Shown: piece by piece, positions 45,115 through 54,649 of the stretch
How positions within the stretch are numbered: position 1 is the stretch's first letter
Layout of the letters: each line of letters opens with the position of its first letter
Origin: Flectonema sp. DT1601
Taxonomy: Eukaryota
NCBI GenBank assembly: GCA_964019425.1
Contig: OZ025791.1
Span: forward strand, 372,001 to 436,000
DNA: 64,000 bases
Direction of reading: 5' to 3'
The notes under the pieces: model-generated
Told to the model about the DNA's origin: nothing
Databases searched by the model: none
The model's input: the letters and a program-made list of their open reading frames with translations, nothing else
Translations under genes and position numbers: made by a program

Positions 45115-47874
45115 CTACTGAGGCGATAAGAGAAGAAAGACACACGCATGCGAACTGATGTTCGAGCGAGAGTAGCTATCGGTAGCCACAGGAAGGTCAG
45201 AGTGAGCCCAAAGGTCGCGGACTTTCATGGTTTTACCAGCTGGGATTCCAACAACTTTCCAAGTCGCAGTGATGGTGTGCGATGCAGCCCCATTGTTCAC
45301 CAGCAACACAGCAACATCTCCATTCGACATGTGCTTAGCCCACACCTGTACTGTATCAGTGCCTACCTTGGTAATTAATACATTCTTACCCTGAATCACA
45401 TTGTTGAGACCCAAGTCTTGATTCACTGCAATCACTTCCTTGTTCGTCAGAATCTCGAGCGTCTTGTTGTCGATGTGCACCAAGTCAGTACCCGCCAATA
45501 GAGGAGAAGACATAATACACCACAAGCTGAAGTGAGACAACTCCTCATCGTATGAAAGACCGACATCTCCAACCTCAAGCATGTCAGCATCGTTGAAGTG
45601 TCCTGGCTTGGCAATGGCTTGCATCACATTGCTCCCCATCGCGTTGAACATCACAGATCCCCAGTTTGCTTGCACATCACCACTGGTTCTCCACAAGTTG
45701 GCCATGTTGCCAACCCACTGACCACAAGTATTTGGGTCTCCACATGACTCAACAGACTGAACGATGTATCTTCCGGTGTTCTTGTAACAGGCTTCAAAGC
45801 GAGAATGAAACTTCATCCAAGAAGTCGAAGCGTTCTTGTAATCCTTCCCCTGACACTCATCGATCTTCACGTAGTCAATACCCCAGTCACAGTATGTATC
45901 AGCATCGATAACTTCCATTCCGTAAGAACCAGGTCTTCCTTGACACGTACGTTGCTTTCTCGCAGTGTACACTCCGAACTTCATTCCCTTCGAATGCGCA
46001 TAGTCTGCAAGGTGCTTCATCCCCGACGGGAATCTCACAGGGTCGGGAATGATAGTTCCGTTCGCAGTTCTCCCTACCTGCCAGCAGTCGTCAATGTTCA
46101 CGTACTCATACCCAGCCTCCTTCATCCCGTTGCTCACCATCGCATCGATAACTTGCTTCACAGTGTTCTCATCGATGTTGCAGTGGTAGAAGTTCCACGA
46201 GTTGAATCCGAGAGGAGGTGACTGGATCGGCTGCTCCTTCAATCCAGGGAACGCCACTAACTTCTCCTCATCCGATGCTGACGTCACGTTCGCAACGAAC
46301 GGACCCATCGGAAGGGAGTCGTTGTTGTACAACACACATTCAACAAAGTCAGACCAAGCGTACCTCACTTGGGAAACAGTACCCTGAACCTTCAGAGTGA
46401 TCACGTCCGTCGAAGTGCTCACAGAAGACGCAGGAACCATGTTCCAGTTCCCGTTCATCAACACTTCGAATGGAGGCATCTTCGCACAGCACAGAGTACA
46501 TCCCGCACTGCTTCCGTTCACGTTCACTCCCTTCACATCCTTCAGGGACATCCCACCACCAGAACCCTCGTCAACAGAAATCACAACTCCGCTGGCATCC
46601 TGAGCCACGCTCTTGAAGACAGGGCCAGTCCAGTATGAGTTGTATGCCTTCAAATTTCCAACCGCACGTGCAGTCAGTCTTCCCTGAACTCCAAAAGCAA
46701 CGTGGTAAAGCGAGAGCGCCATTCTGCGAGACATCTCGTTCTTGTTTGGAGGATGGTCGACACCCCAAGCCGAAATCCCACCCATGTCGAGACCAACCGA
46801 AACTCCCGAAATGTCAGTCAACCCGTCGGTGTGTGGAATCGTCTCCGCCTCCGCCAATCGGATTTGAATTCTCCCAGTTGCCAGCTGCTCCTTCATCGGA
46901 GTTCCAGACACCACAGATGGTGGAAGCTGCTGAGTGACCCAAGCGAAGTCTCCCATTCTCTTTGCGTCTCTCCATGACTTGATCATTGCCTGGTACATAC
47001 ACGCGTAGTACGCAGTCTGGTCAACTCCTGCAATCTTCTCGTCGGCATTTGCCTCTCCTTGGTACCAAATGGCTCCCCTGACAGACATCATAGTAAAAGG
47101 GTTAATCATCGCATTGAACAGTACCTTGGCGGCGTTCTGTCCCTCCTCATGAGGGACAAGGTTCTTGTATTGCGGACAAGAATCGAATGCAGACTCCGGC
47201 ATCCAGGACTCAACACGAGTGCCACTGACAGCTGATTGAACAAGTCCAACTGGTGTTCCCGGATCAGTGGTACGTAAGCGAGTTAGTTCTCTGACAGTCA
47301 AGTAGCACGCCGCGGAGAAGTTCTTCAGGTAGCGATATCCGTTGGCTCCAGCAGTTTTAGAGTCGACCCAAGCATTGCAAATACCGGCACTGCAACTTCC
47401 ATTGCTGAGAACATCCAACGGAGTGCTGCTGTGGCTGATGGCGGTTTGGAAGAATCGAAACTGCTGGAAGTCGGCCAGAGTAGCCAGTTCTTCAGTCGCG
47501 TTCAGTACATTTTCCATCGGGAACACCATGTTCGATTGACCACCACAGAAGAAAACGTCACCGTAGGTAGTGTCTTGAATATTAATCTTATCTCCAGCTG
47601 TGTTCGATATTTCAATGTTGATGCTGCTGTGAGTGCTGCTCGGGTTGATCATAACTTCCCATTTTCCATCAACAGGATCGGCGTCGACGAGGTACTGAGA
47701 AGAACCAAACATAATAGTAACCTTACTACCAGGATCACTGATACCATTTAAGAATGGTCTCGCTCCGTATTGTTCGTTCATCTGAAGCACAGCACCATCA
47801 GATATCCATTGTGGGATAAGTAACTTCGACGTGACAGTCGGAATTAGGCACAACAGTGCCAACAATGTTTTCAT
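45115..47874 (-). CDS. SASA + GH27 fusion, copy 3
   Basis: Same motifs; start at MKTLLALL by alignment to the other copies. Confidence 0.93.
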   Translation of the reverse strand: MKTLLALLCLIPTVTSKLLIPQWISDGAVLQMNEQYGARPFLNGISDPGSKVTIMFGSSQYLVDADPVDGKWEVMINPSSTHSSINIEISNTAGDKINIQDTTYGDVFFCGGQSNMVFPMENVLNATEELATLADFQQFRFFQTAISHSSTPLDVLSNGSCSAGICNAWVDSKTAGANGYRYLKNFSAACYLTVRELTRLRTTDPGTPVGLVQSAVSGTRVESWMPESAFDSCPQYKNLVPHEEGQNAAKVLFNAMINPFTMMSVRGAIWYQGEANADEKIAGVDQTAYYACMYQAMIKSWRDAKRMGDFAWVTQQLPPSVVSGTPMKEQLATGRIQIRLAEAETIPHTDGLTDISGVSVGLDMGGISAWGVDHPPNKNEMSRRMALSLYHVAFGVQGRLTARAVGNLKAYNSYWTGPVFKSVAQDASGVVISVDEGSGGGMSLKDVKGVNVNGSSAGCTLCCAKMPPFEVLMNGNWNMVPASSVSTSTDVITLKVQGTVSQVRYAWSDFVECVLYNNDSLPMGPFVANVTSASDEEKLVAFPGLKEQPIQSPPLGFNSWNFYHCNIDENTVKQVIDAMVSNGMKEAGYEYVNIDDCWQVGRTANGTIIPDPVRFPSGMKHLADYAHSKGMKFGVYTARKQRTCQGRPGSYGMEVIDADTYCDWGIDYVKIDECQGKDYKNASTSWMKFHSRFEACYKNTGRYIVQSVESCGDPNTCGQWVGNMANLWRTSGDVQANWGSVMFNAMGSNVMQAIAKPGHFNDADMLEVGDVGLSYDEELSHFSLWCIMSSPLLAGTDLVHIDNKTLEILTNKEVIAVNQDLGLNNVIQGKNVLITKVGTDTVQVWAKHMSNGDVAVLLVNNGAASHTITATWKVVGIPAGKTMKVRDLWAHSDLPVATDSYSRSNISSHACVFLLLSPQ

Positions 47875-48548
47875 TTTTTTTGAATGTGATAAAACTTTAA
47901 AATAAGAATTAATACTCAAAAAGACAACAAACTACATATCAAACAATCATAACCAACACTCGTCTGTTAACATAGAAAACAACTATATCCTGGTATCTTG
48001 CTTTGTAACGTATGTATAATGAAGAGGAAATTCAACAGCTGGGAGACTCTAAAGAATTGTTAGCCATTGAAACGTTACATGAGGGGAAAAAAAAAAAAAA
48101 AAAAAAAACGTTTGAAAGAAGAGAGCCTAAACAAGTTATTCGTGAAAAGAAAAAGAAAAAACGAGGAGAGAGAACATAACCAAAGTCAAAAAAACAACAA
48201 CAAAAATATTTCGTTGACAATACAATTCTTTATCTGTAAGAAACAGTAATAACAACAGAAAGCTTGTCGTAACAATTATTTATTTTGCCTTATCGGTATA
48301 ATAAAGAAGACATAGTATAAGCATAAGAGTTACTTAAATGCAAAATAATATTCACTATATCTAACCCAAAAATTCAGACGCATTTACGTTCCAAGAAAGC
48401 TTTATCATTTCCATTAACATACTATCAATTGTAGTGTTTGTCAACAACTCAGTTTTAAAAGAATACGAAAGGCCTGACACCAATTTACGCACCTCACACG
48501 CATTAAAAAAAAAAACCTAACGGGGTGAAAGGAGAACAAACATCACTA

Positions 48549-51299
48549 CTACTGAGGTGATAAGAGAAGAAAGACACACGCATGCGAACTGATGTTCGAG
48601 CGAGAGTAACTGTCGGTAGCCACAGGAAGGTCAGAGTGAGCCCAAAGGTCGCGGACTTTCATGGTTTTACCAGCTGGGATTCCAACAACTTTCCAAGTCG
48701 CAGTGATGGTGTGCGATGCAGCCCCATTGTTCACCAGCAACACAGCAACATCTCCATTCGACATGTGCTTAGCCCACACCTGTACTGTATCAGTGCCTAC
48801 CTTCGTTGACAACACCATCTTACCCTGAATCACATTGTTGAGACCCAAGTCTTGGTTCACTGCAATCACTTCCTTGTTCGTCAGAATCTCGAGCGTCTTG
48901 TTGTCGATGTTCACCAAGTCAGTACCCGCCAATAGAGGAGAAGACATAATACACCACAAGCTGAAGTGAGACAACTCCTCATCGTATGAAAGACCGACAT
49001 CTCCAACCTCAAGCATGTCAGCATCGTTGAAGTGTCCTGGCTTGGCAATGGCTTGCATCACATTGCTCGCCATCGCATTGTGCATCACAGAATCCCAGTT
49101 TGCTTGCACATCACCACTGGTTCTCCACAAATTAGCCATGTTTGGCACCCACTGACCACAAGTATTTGGGTTTCCACAGGACTCAACAGACTGAACGATG
49201 TATCTTCCGGTGTTCTTGTAACAGGCATCAAAACGAGAATGAAACTTCATCCAAGAAGTCGAAGCGTTCTTGTAATCCTTCCCACCACACTGATCAATCT
49301 TCACGTAGTCAATACCCCAGTCACAGTAGGTATCAGCATCGATAACTTCCATTCCGTAAGAACCAGGTCTTCCTTGACATGTGAACTGCTTTCTCGCAGT
49401 GTACACTCCGAACTTCATTCCCTGCGAATGCGCATAGTCCGCAAGGTGCTTCATCCCCGACGGGAATCTCACAGGGTCGGGAATGATGGTTCCGTTCGCA
49501 GTTCTCCCCACCTGCCAGCAGTCGTCAATGTTCACGTACTCATACCCAGCCTCCTTCATCCCGTTGCTCACCATCGCATCGATAACTTGCTTCACAGTGT
49601 TCTCATCGATGTTGCAGTGGTAGAAGTTCCACGAGTTGAATCCGAGAGGAGGTGACTGGATCGGCTGCTCTTTCAATCCAGGGAACGCCACCAACTTCTC
49701 CTCATCCGATGCTGACGTCACGTTCGCAACGAACGGACCCATCGGAAGGGAGTCGTTGTTGTACAACACACATTCAACAAAGTCAGACCAAGCGTACCTC
49801 ACCTGGGAAACAGTACCCTGAACCTTCAGGGTGATCACGTCCGTCGAAGTGCTCACAGAAGACGCAGGAACCATGTTCCAGTTCCCGTTCATCAACACTT
49901 CGAATGGAGGCATCTTCGCACAGCACAGAGTACATCCCGCACTGCTTCCGTTCACGTTCACTCCCTTCACATCCTTCAGGGACATCCCACCACCGGAACC
50001 CTCGTCAACAGAAATCACAACTCCGCTGGCATCCTGAGCCACGCTCTTGAAGACAGGGCCAGTCCAGTATGAGTTGTATGCCTTCAAATTTCCAACCGCA
50101 CGCGCAGTCACTCGTCCCTGAATTCCAAAAGCAACGTGGTAAAGCGAGAGCGCCATTCTGCGAGACATCTCGTTCTTGTTTGGAGGATGGTCGACACCCC
50201 AAGCCGAAATCCCACCCATGTCGAGACCAACCGAAACTCCCGAAATGTCAGTCAACCCGTCGGTGTGTGGAATCGTCTCCGCCTCCGCCAATCGGATTTG
50301 AATTCTCCCAGTTGCCAGCTGCTCCTTCATCGGAGTTCCAGACACTACAGATGGTGGAAGCTGCTGAGTGACCCAAGCGAAGTCTCCCATTCTCTTTGCG
50401 TCTCTCCATGACTTGATCATTGCCTGGTACATACACGCGTAGTACGCAGTCTGGTCAACTCCTGCAATCTTCTCATCGGCATTTGCCTCTCCTTGGTACC
50501 AAATGGCTCCCCTGATAGACATCGCAGTGAAAGGGTTAATCATCGCATTGTACAGCACCTTGGCGGCGTTCTGTCCCTCCTCATGAGGGACAAGGTTCTT
50601 GTATTGCGGACAAGAATCGAATGCAGACTCCGGCATCCAGGACTCAACACGAGTGCCACTGACAGCTGATTGAATGAGTCCAATTGCCATATTCGAATCT
50701 CTTAGGCGAGATAGTTCTCTGACAGTCAAGTAGCACATGGCGGAGAAGTTCTTCAGGTAGCGATATCCGTTGGCTCCAGCAGTTTTAGAGTCGACCCAAG
50801 CATTGCAAATACCGGCACTGCAACTTCCATTGCTGAGAACATCCAACGGAGTGCTGCTGTGGCTGATGGCGGTTTGGAAGAATCGAAACTGCTGGAAGTC
50901 GGCCAGAGTAGCCAGTTCTTCAGTCGCGTTCAGTACATTTTCCATCGGGAACACCATGTTCGATTGACCACCACAGAAGAAAACGTCACCGAATGATACA
51001 TCATTAATATTAATCTTATCTCCAGCTGTGTTTGATATTTCAATACTGACATTTTGAGAGCTGTTTGGGTCAATCATAACTTCCCACGTTCCGTCAATTG
51101 GATCAGCACTGACTAGGTAAGTCCTTTTAGCAACTGAAATGGAAACCTTACTCCCGACATCGCTTATTCCATTTAAGAATGATCTCGCTCCGTATCTCTT
51201 GTTTGTTTGGAGAACCATTCCATCAGATATCCACTGAGGAAGTACTAACTTTGATGCAACAGTCGAGATTAGGCACAACAGTGCCAATAAGAGTTTCAT
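48549..51299 (-). CDS. SASA + GH27 fusion, copy 4
   Basis: Same motifs; intact 916-aa ORF. Confidence 0.93.
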   Translation of the reverse strand: MKLLLALLCLISTVASKLVLPQWISDGMVLQTNKRYGARSFLNGISDVGSKVSISVAKRTYLVSADPIDGTWEVMIDPNSSQNVSIEISNTAGDKININDVSFGDVFFCGGQSNMVFPMENVLNATEELATLADFQQFRFFQTAISHSSTPLDVLSNGSCSAGICNAWVDSKTAGANGYRYLKNFSAMCYLTVRELSRLRDSNMAIGLIQSAVSGTRVESWMPESAFDSCPQYKNLVPHEEGQNAAKVLYNAMINPFTAMSIRGAIWYQGEANADEKIAGVDQTAYYACMYQAMIKSWRDAKRMGDFAWVTQQLPPSVVSGTPMKEQLATGRIQIRLAEAETIPHTDGLTDISGVSVGLDMGGISAWGVDHPPNKNEMSRRMALSLYHVAFGIQGRVTARAVGNLKAYNSYWTGPVFKSVAQDASGVVISVDEGSGGGMSLKDVKGVNVNGSSAGCTLCCAKMPPFEVLMNGNWNMVPASSVSTSTDVITLKVQGTVSQVRYAWSDFVECVLYNNDSLPMGPFVANVTSASDEEKLVAFPGLKEQPIQSPPLGFNSWNFYHCNIDENTVKQVIDAMVSNGMKEAGYEYVNIDDCWQVGRTANGTIIPDPVRFPSGMKHLADYAHSQGMKFGVYTARKQFTCQGRPGSYGMEVIDADTYCDWGIDYVKIDQCGGKDYKNASTSWMKFHSRFDACYKNTGRYIVQSVESCGNPNTCGQWVPNMANLWRTSGDVQANWDSVMHNAMASNVMQAIAKPGHFNDADMLEVGDVGLSYDEELSHFSLWCIMSSPLLAGTDLVNIDNKTLEILTNKEVIAVNQDLGLNNVIQGKMVLSTKVGTDTVQVWAKHMSNGDVAVLLVNNGAASHTITATWKVVGIPAGKTMKVRDLWAHSDLPVATDSYSRSNISSHACVFLLLSPQ

Positions 51300-51779
51300 T
51301 GTTGTGTTGTAGTTCTGAATGAAGCAATTATGATTTTATAAGTTTTTATACACTGAGAGTACAAAGGGATCCCACTACGTACTTGAAGTCTCGTAGCAGT
51401 AAGGCAGACGGCAAAGAAACATAAGACGTTATTCTAATGAAAATTGACTTGCCATAAGTGGAGGCTGTTATTCACATTGATTGTAGGTTTCCATTAAATC
51501 AATTGGAATAACTCACAATAGAATACACAAAAAGATTAATAAAAAAGGAGTAATAACATTTGACTGAGGGTCAATCATAATGAAGTTGTAAATAAAATAT
51601 AAAAACAGTAAAACGTTAGCTCACTCGGAAGTAGCAGTTTTTCACTGATAATCATAATTATCATATTGTTAAATTTAACACGTCACAATACTAATTTAAT
51701 AAGTCATATTAGTAGTCACAATAATAATAAATATTTTGTGATGTAATAATTGTACTATAGAAGAATTCAAACATCACTA

Positions 51780-54536
51780 CTACTGAGGCGATAAGAGAAG
51801 AAAGACACACGCATGCGAACTGATGTTCGAGCGAGAGTAGCTATCGGTAGCCACAGGAAGGTCAGAGTGAGCCCAAAGGTCGCGGACTTTCATGGTTTTA
51901 CCAGCTGGGATTCCAACAACTTTCCAAGTCGCAGTGATGGTGTGCGATGCAGCCCCATTGTTCACCAGCAACACAGCAACATCTCCATTCGACATGTGCT
52001 TAGCCCACACCTGTACTGTATCAGTGCCTACCTTCGTAATCAATACATTCTTACCCTGAATCACATTGTTGAGACCCAAGTCTTGATTCACTGCAATCAC
52101 TTCCTTGTTCGTCAGAATCTCGAGCGTCTTGTTGTCGATGTGCACCAAGTCAGTACCCGCCAATAGAGGAGAAGACATAATACACCACAAGCTGAAGTGA
52201 GACAACTCCTCATCGTATGAAAGACCGACATCTCCAACCTCAAGCATGTCAGCATCGTTGAAGTGTCCTGGCTTGGCAATGGCTTGCATGGCATTATTTA
52301 ACTTTGCATTTCTCATCACAGAATCCCAGTTTGCTTGCACATCTCCACCTGTTCTCCACAAGTTGGCCATGTTTGGCACCCACTGACCACAAGCATTTGG
52401 ATCCTTACAATGTTCAACAGACTGAACGATGTACCTCTCAGTATTCTTGTAACAGGCTTCAAAGCGAGAATGGAACTTCATCCAAGAAGTCGAAGCGTTT
52501 AAATAGCCTTTTCCATCACACCTATCAATCTTCACGTAGTCAATACCCCAGTCACAGTAGGTATCAGCATCGATAACTTCCATTCCGTAAGAACCAGGTC
52601 TTCCTTGACATGTGAACTGCTTTCTCGCAGTGTACACTCCGAACTTCATTCCCTTCGAATGCGCATAGTCTGCAAGGTGCTTCATCCCCGACGGGAATCT
52701 CACAGGGTCGGGAATGATGGTTCCGTTCGCAGTTCTCCCCACCTGCCAGCAGTCGTCGATGTTCACGTACTCATACCCAGCCTCCTTCATCCCGTTGCTC
52801 ACCATCGCATCGATAACTTGCTTCACAGTGTTCTCATCGATGTTGCAGTGGTAGAAGTTCCACGAGTTGAATCCGAGAGGAGGTGACTGGATCGGCTGCT
52901 CTTTCAATCCAGGGAACGCCACCAACTTCTCCTCATCCGATGCTGACGTCACGTTCGCAACGAACGGACCCATCGGAAGGGAGTCGTTGTTGTACAACAC
53001 ACATTCAACAAAGTCAGACCAAGCGTACCTCACTTGGGAAACAGTACCCTGAACCTTCAGGGTGATCACGTCCGTCGAAGTGCTCACAGAAGACGCAGGA
53101 ACCATGTTCCAGTTCCCGTTCATCAACACTTCGAATGGAGGCATCTTCGCACAGCACAGAGTACATCCCGCACTGCTTCCGTTCACGTTCACTCCCTTCA
53201 CATCCTTCAGGGACATCCCACCACCAGAACCCTCGTCAACAGAAATCACAACTCCGCTGGCATCCTGAGCCACGCTCTTGAAGACAGGGCCAGTCCAGTA
53301 TGAGTGGTACGCCTTCAAATTTCCAACCGCACGTGCAGTCACTCGTCCCTGAATTCCAAAAGCAACGTGGTAAAGCGAGAGCGCCATTCTGCGAGACATC
53401 TCGTTCTTGTTTGGAGGATGGTCGACACCCCAAGCCGAAATCCCACCCATGTCGAGACCAACCGAAACTCCCGAAATGTCAGTCAACCCGTCGGTGTGTG
53501 GAATCGTCTCCGCCTCCGCCAATCGGATTTGAATTCTCCCAGTTGCCAGCTGCTCCTTCATCGGAGTTCCAGACACTACAGATGGTGGAAGCTGCTGAGT
53601 GACCCAAGCGAAGTCTCCCATTCTCTTTGCGTCTCTCCATGACTTGATCATTGCCTGGTACATACACGCGTAGTACGCAGTCTGGTCAACTCCTGCAATC
53701 TTCTCATCGGCATTTGCCTCTCCTTGGTACCAAATGGCTCCCCTGATAGACATCGCAGTGAAAGGGTTAATCATCGCATTGTACAGCACCTTGGCGGCGT
53801 TCTGTCCCTCCTCATGAGGGACAAGGTTCTTGTATTGCGGACAGGAATCGAATGCAGACTCCGGCATCCAGGACTCAACACGAGTGCCACTGACAGCTGA
53901 TTGAACAAGTCCAACTGGTGTGTTCGGATCAGTGGTACGTAAGCGAGTTAGTTCTCTGACAGTCAAGTAGCACGCCGCGGAGAAGTTCTTCAGGTAGCGA
54001 TATCCGTTGGCTCCAGCAGTTTTAGAGTCGACCCAAGCATTGCAAATACCGGCACTGCAACTTCCATTGCTGAGAACATCCAACGGAGTGCTGCTGTGGC
54101 TGACAGCAGTTTGGAAGAATCGAAACTGCTGGAAGTCGGCCAGAGTAGCCAGTTCTTCAGTCGCGTTCAGTACATTTTCCATCGGGAACACCATGTTCGA
54201 TTGACCACCACAGAAGAAAACGTCACCATAGGTAGTGTCTTGAATATTAATCTTATCTCCAGCTGTGTTCGATATTTCTATTTTAACATTACGAGAACTA
54301 CCAGGATTAATCATAATTACCCACTCGCCAGTAATATTATCAGCGCGGGTAAAATATTTTTTATTATCAACGGATATGAAAACATTACTTCCAATGTCGC
54401 TAATTCCATTTAAGAATGATCTCGCTCCGTATCTCTTGTTTGTTTGGAGAACCATTCCATCAGATATCCACTGAGGAAGTACTAACTTTGATGCAACAGT
54501 CGAGATTAGGCACAACAGTGCCAACAAGACCTTCAT
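51780..54536 (-). CDS. SASA + GH27 fusion, copy 5
   Basis: Same motifs; start at MKVLLALL by alignment, preceded by ctattcaactcag. Confidence 0.93.
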   Translation of the reverse strand: MKVLLALLCLISTVASKLVLPQWISDGMVLQTNKRYGARSFLNGISDIGSNVFISVDNKKYFTRADNITGEWVIMINPGSSRNVKIEISNTAGDKINIQDTTYGDVFFCGGQSNMVFPMENVLNATEELATLADFQQFRFFQTAVSHSSTPLDVLSNGSCSAGICNAWVDSKTAGANGYRYLKNFSAACYLTVRELTRLRTTDPNTPVGLVQSAVSGTRVESWMPESAFDSCPQYKNLVPHEEGQNAAKVLYNAMINPFTAMSIRGAIWYQGEANADEKIAGVDQTAYYACMYQAMIKSWRDAKRMGDFAWVTQQLPPSVVSGTPMKEQLATGRIQIRLAEAETIPHTDGLTDISGVSVGLDMGGISAWGVDHPPNKNEMSRRMALSLYHVAFGIQGRVTARAVGNLKAYHSYWTGPVFKSVAQDASGVVISVDEGSGGGMSLKDVKGVNVNGSSAGCTLCCAKMPPFEVLMNGNWNMVPASSVSTSTDVITLKVQGTVSQVRYAWSDFVECVLYNNDSLPMGPFVANVTSASDEEKLVAFPGLKEQPIQSPPLGFNSWNFYHCNIDENTVKQVIDAMVSNGMKEAGYEYVNIDDCWQVGRTANGTIIPDPVRFPSGMKHLADYAHSKGMKFGVYTARKQFTCQGRPGSYGMEVIDADTYCDWGIDYVKIDRCDGKGYLNASTSWMKFHSRFEACYKNTERYIVQSVEHCKDPNACGQWVPNMANLWRTGGDVQANWDSVMRNAKLNNAMQAIAKPGHFNDADMLEVGDVGLSYDEELSHFSLWCIMSSPLLAGTDLVHIDNKTLEILTNKEVIAVNQDLGLNNVIQGKNVLITKVGTDTVQVWAKHMSNGDVAVLLVNNGAASHTITATWKVVGIPAGKTMKVRDLWAHSDLPVATDSYSRSNISSHACVFLLLSPQ

Positions 54537-54649
54537 TGTTGTGGTATAAGTACCTGAGTTGAATAGAGTGTAAGAATTGCTTACAACAGTTACAATAATA
54601 AACAAATTGAACACACAAGTGTAATTAGTAATGTGATAATATTGGTTAC

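Larger units (their letters stand above)
38050..54536 (-). repeat. Tandem gene array, 5 units of ~3.2-3.6 kb
   Basis: Near-identical ~2.4-kb coding cores separated by spacers with no similarity visible by eye. Confidence 0.95.

Noticed and set aside
38083..54474. Recurrent plus-strand ORFs (up to 207 aa) repeated in each array copy
   Set aside because: Antisense shadows of the GC-richer CDS; they recur only because the gene is repeated.
38050..54536. Diversity-generating retroelement or CRISPR-like explanation for the variable patches
   Set aside because: No reverse transcriptase, template repeat or repeat-spacer structure in the window, and the changes do not look adenine-specific.
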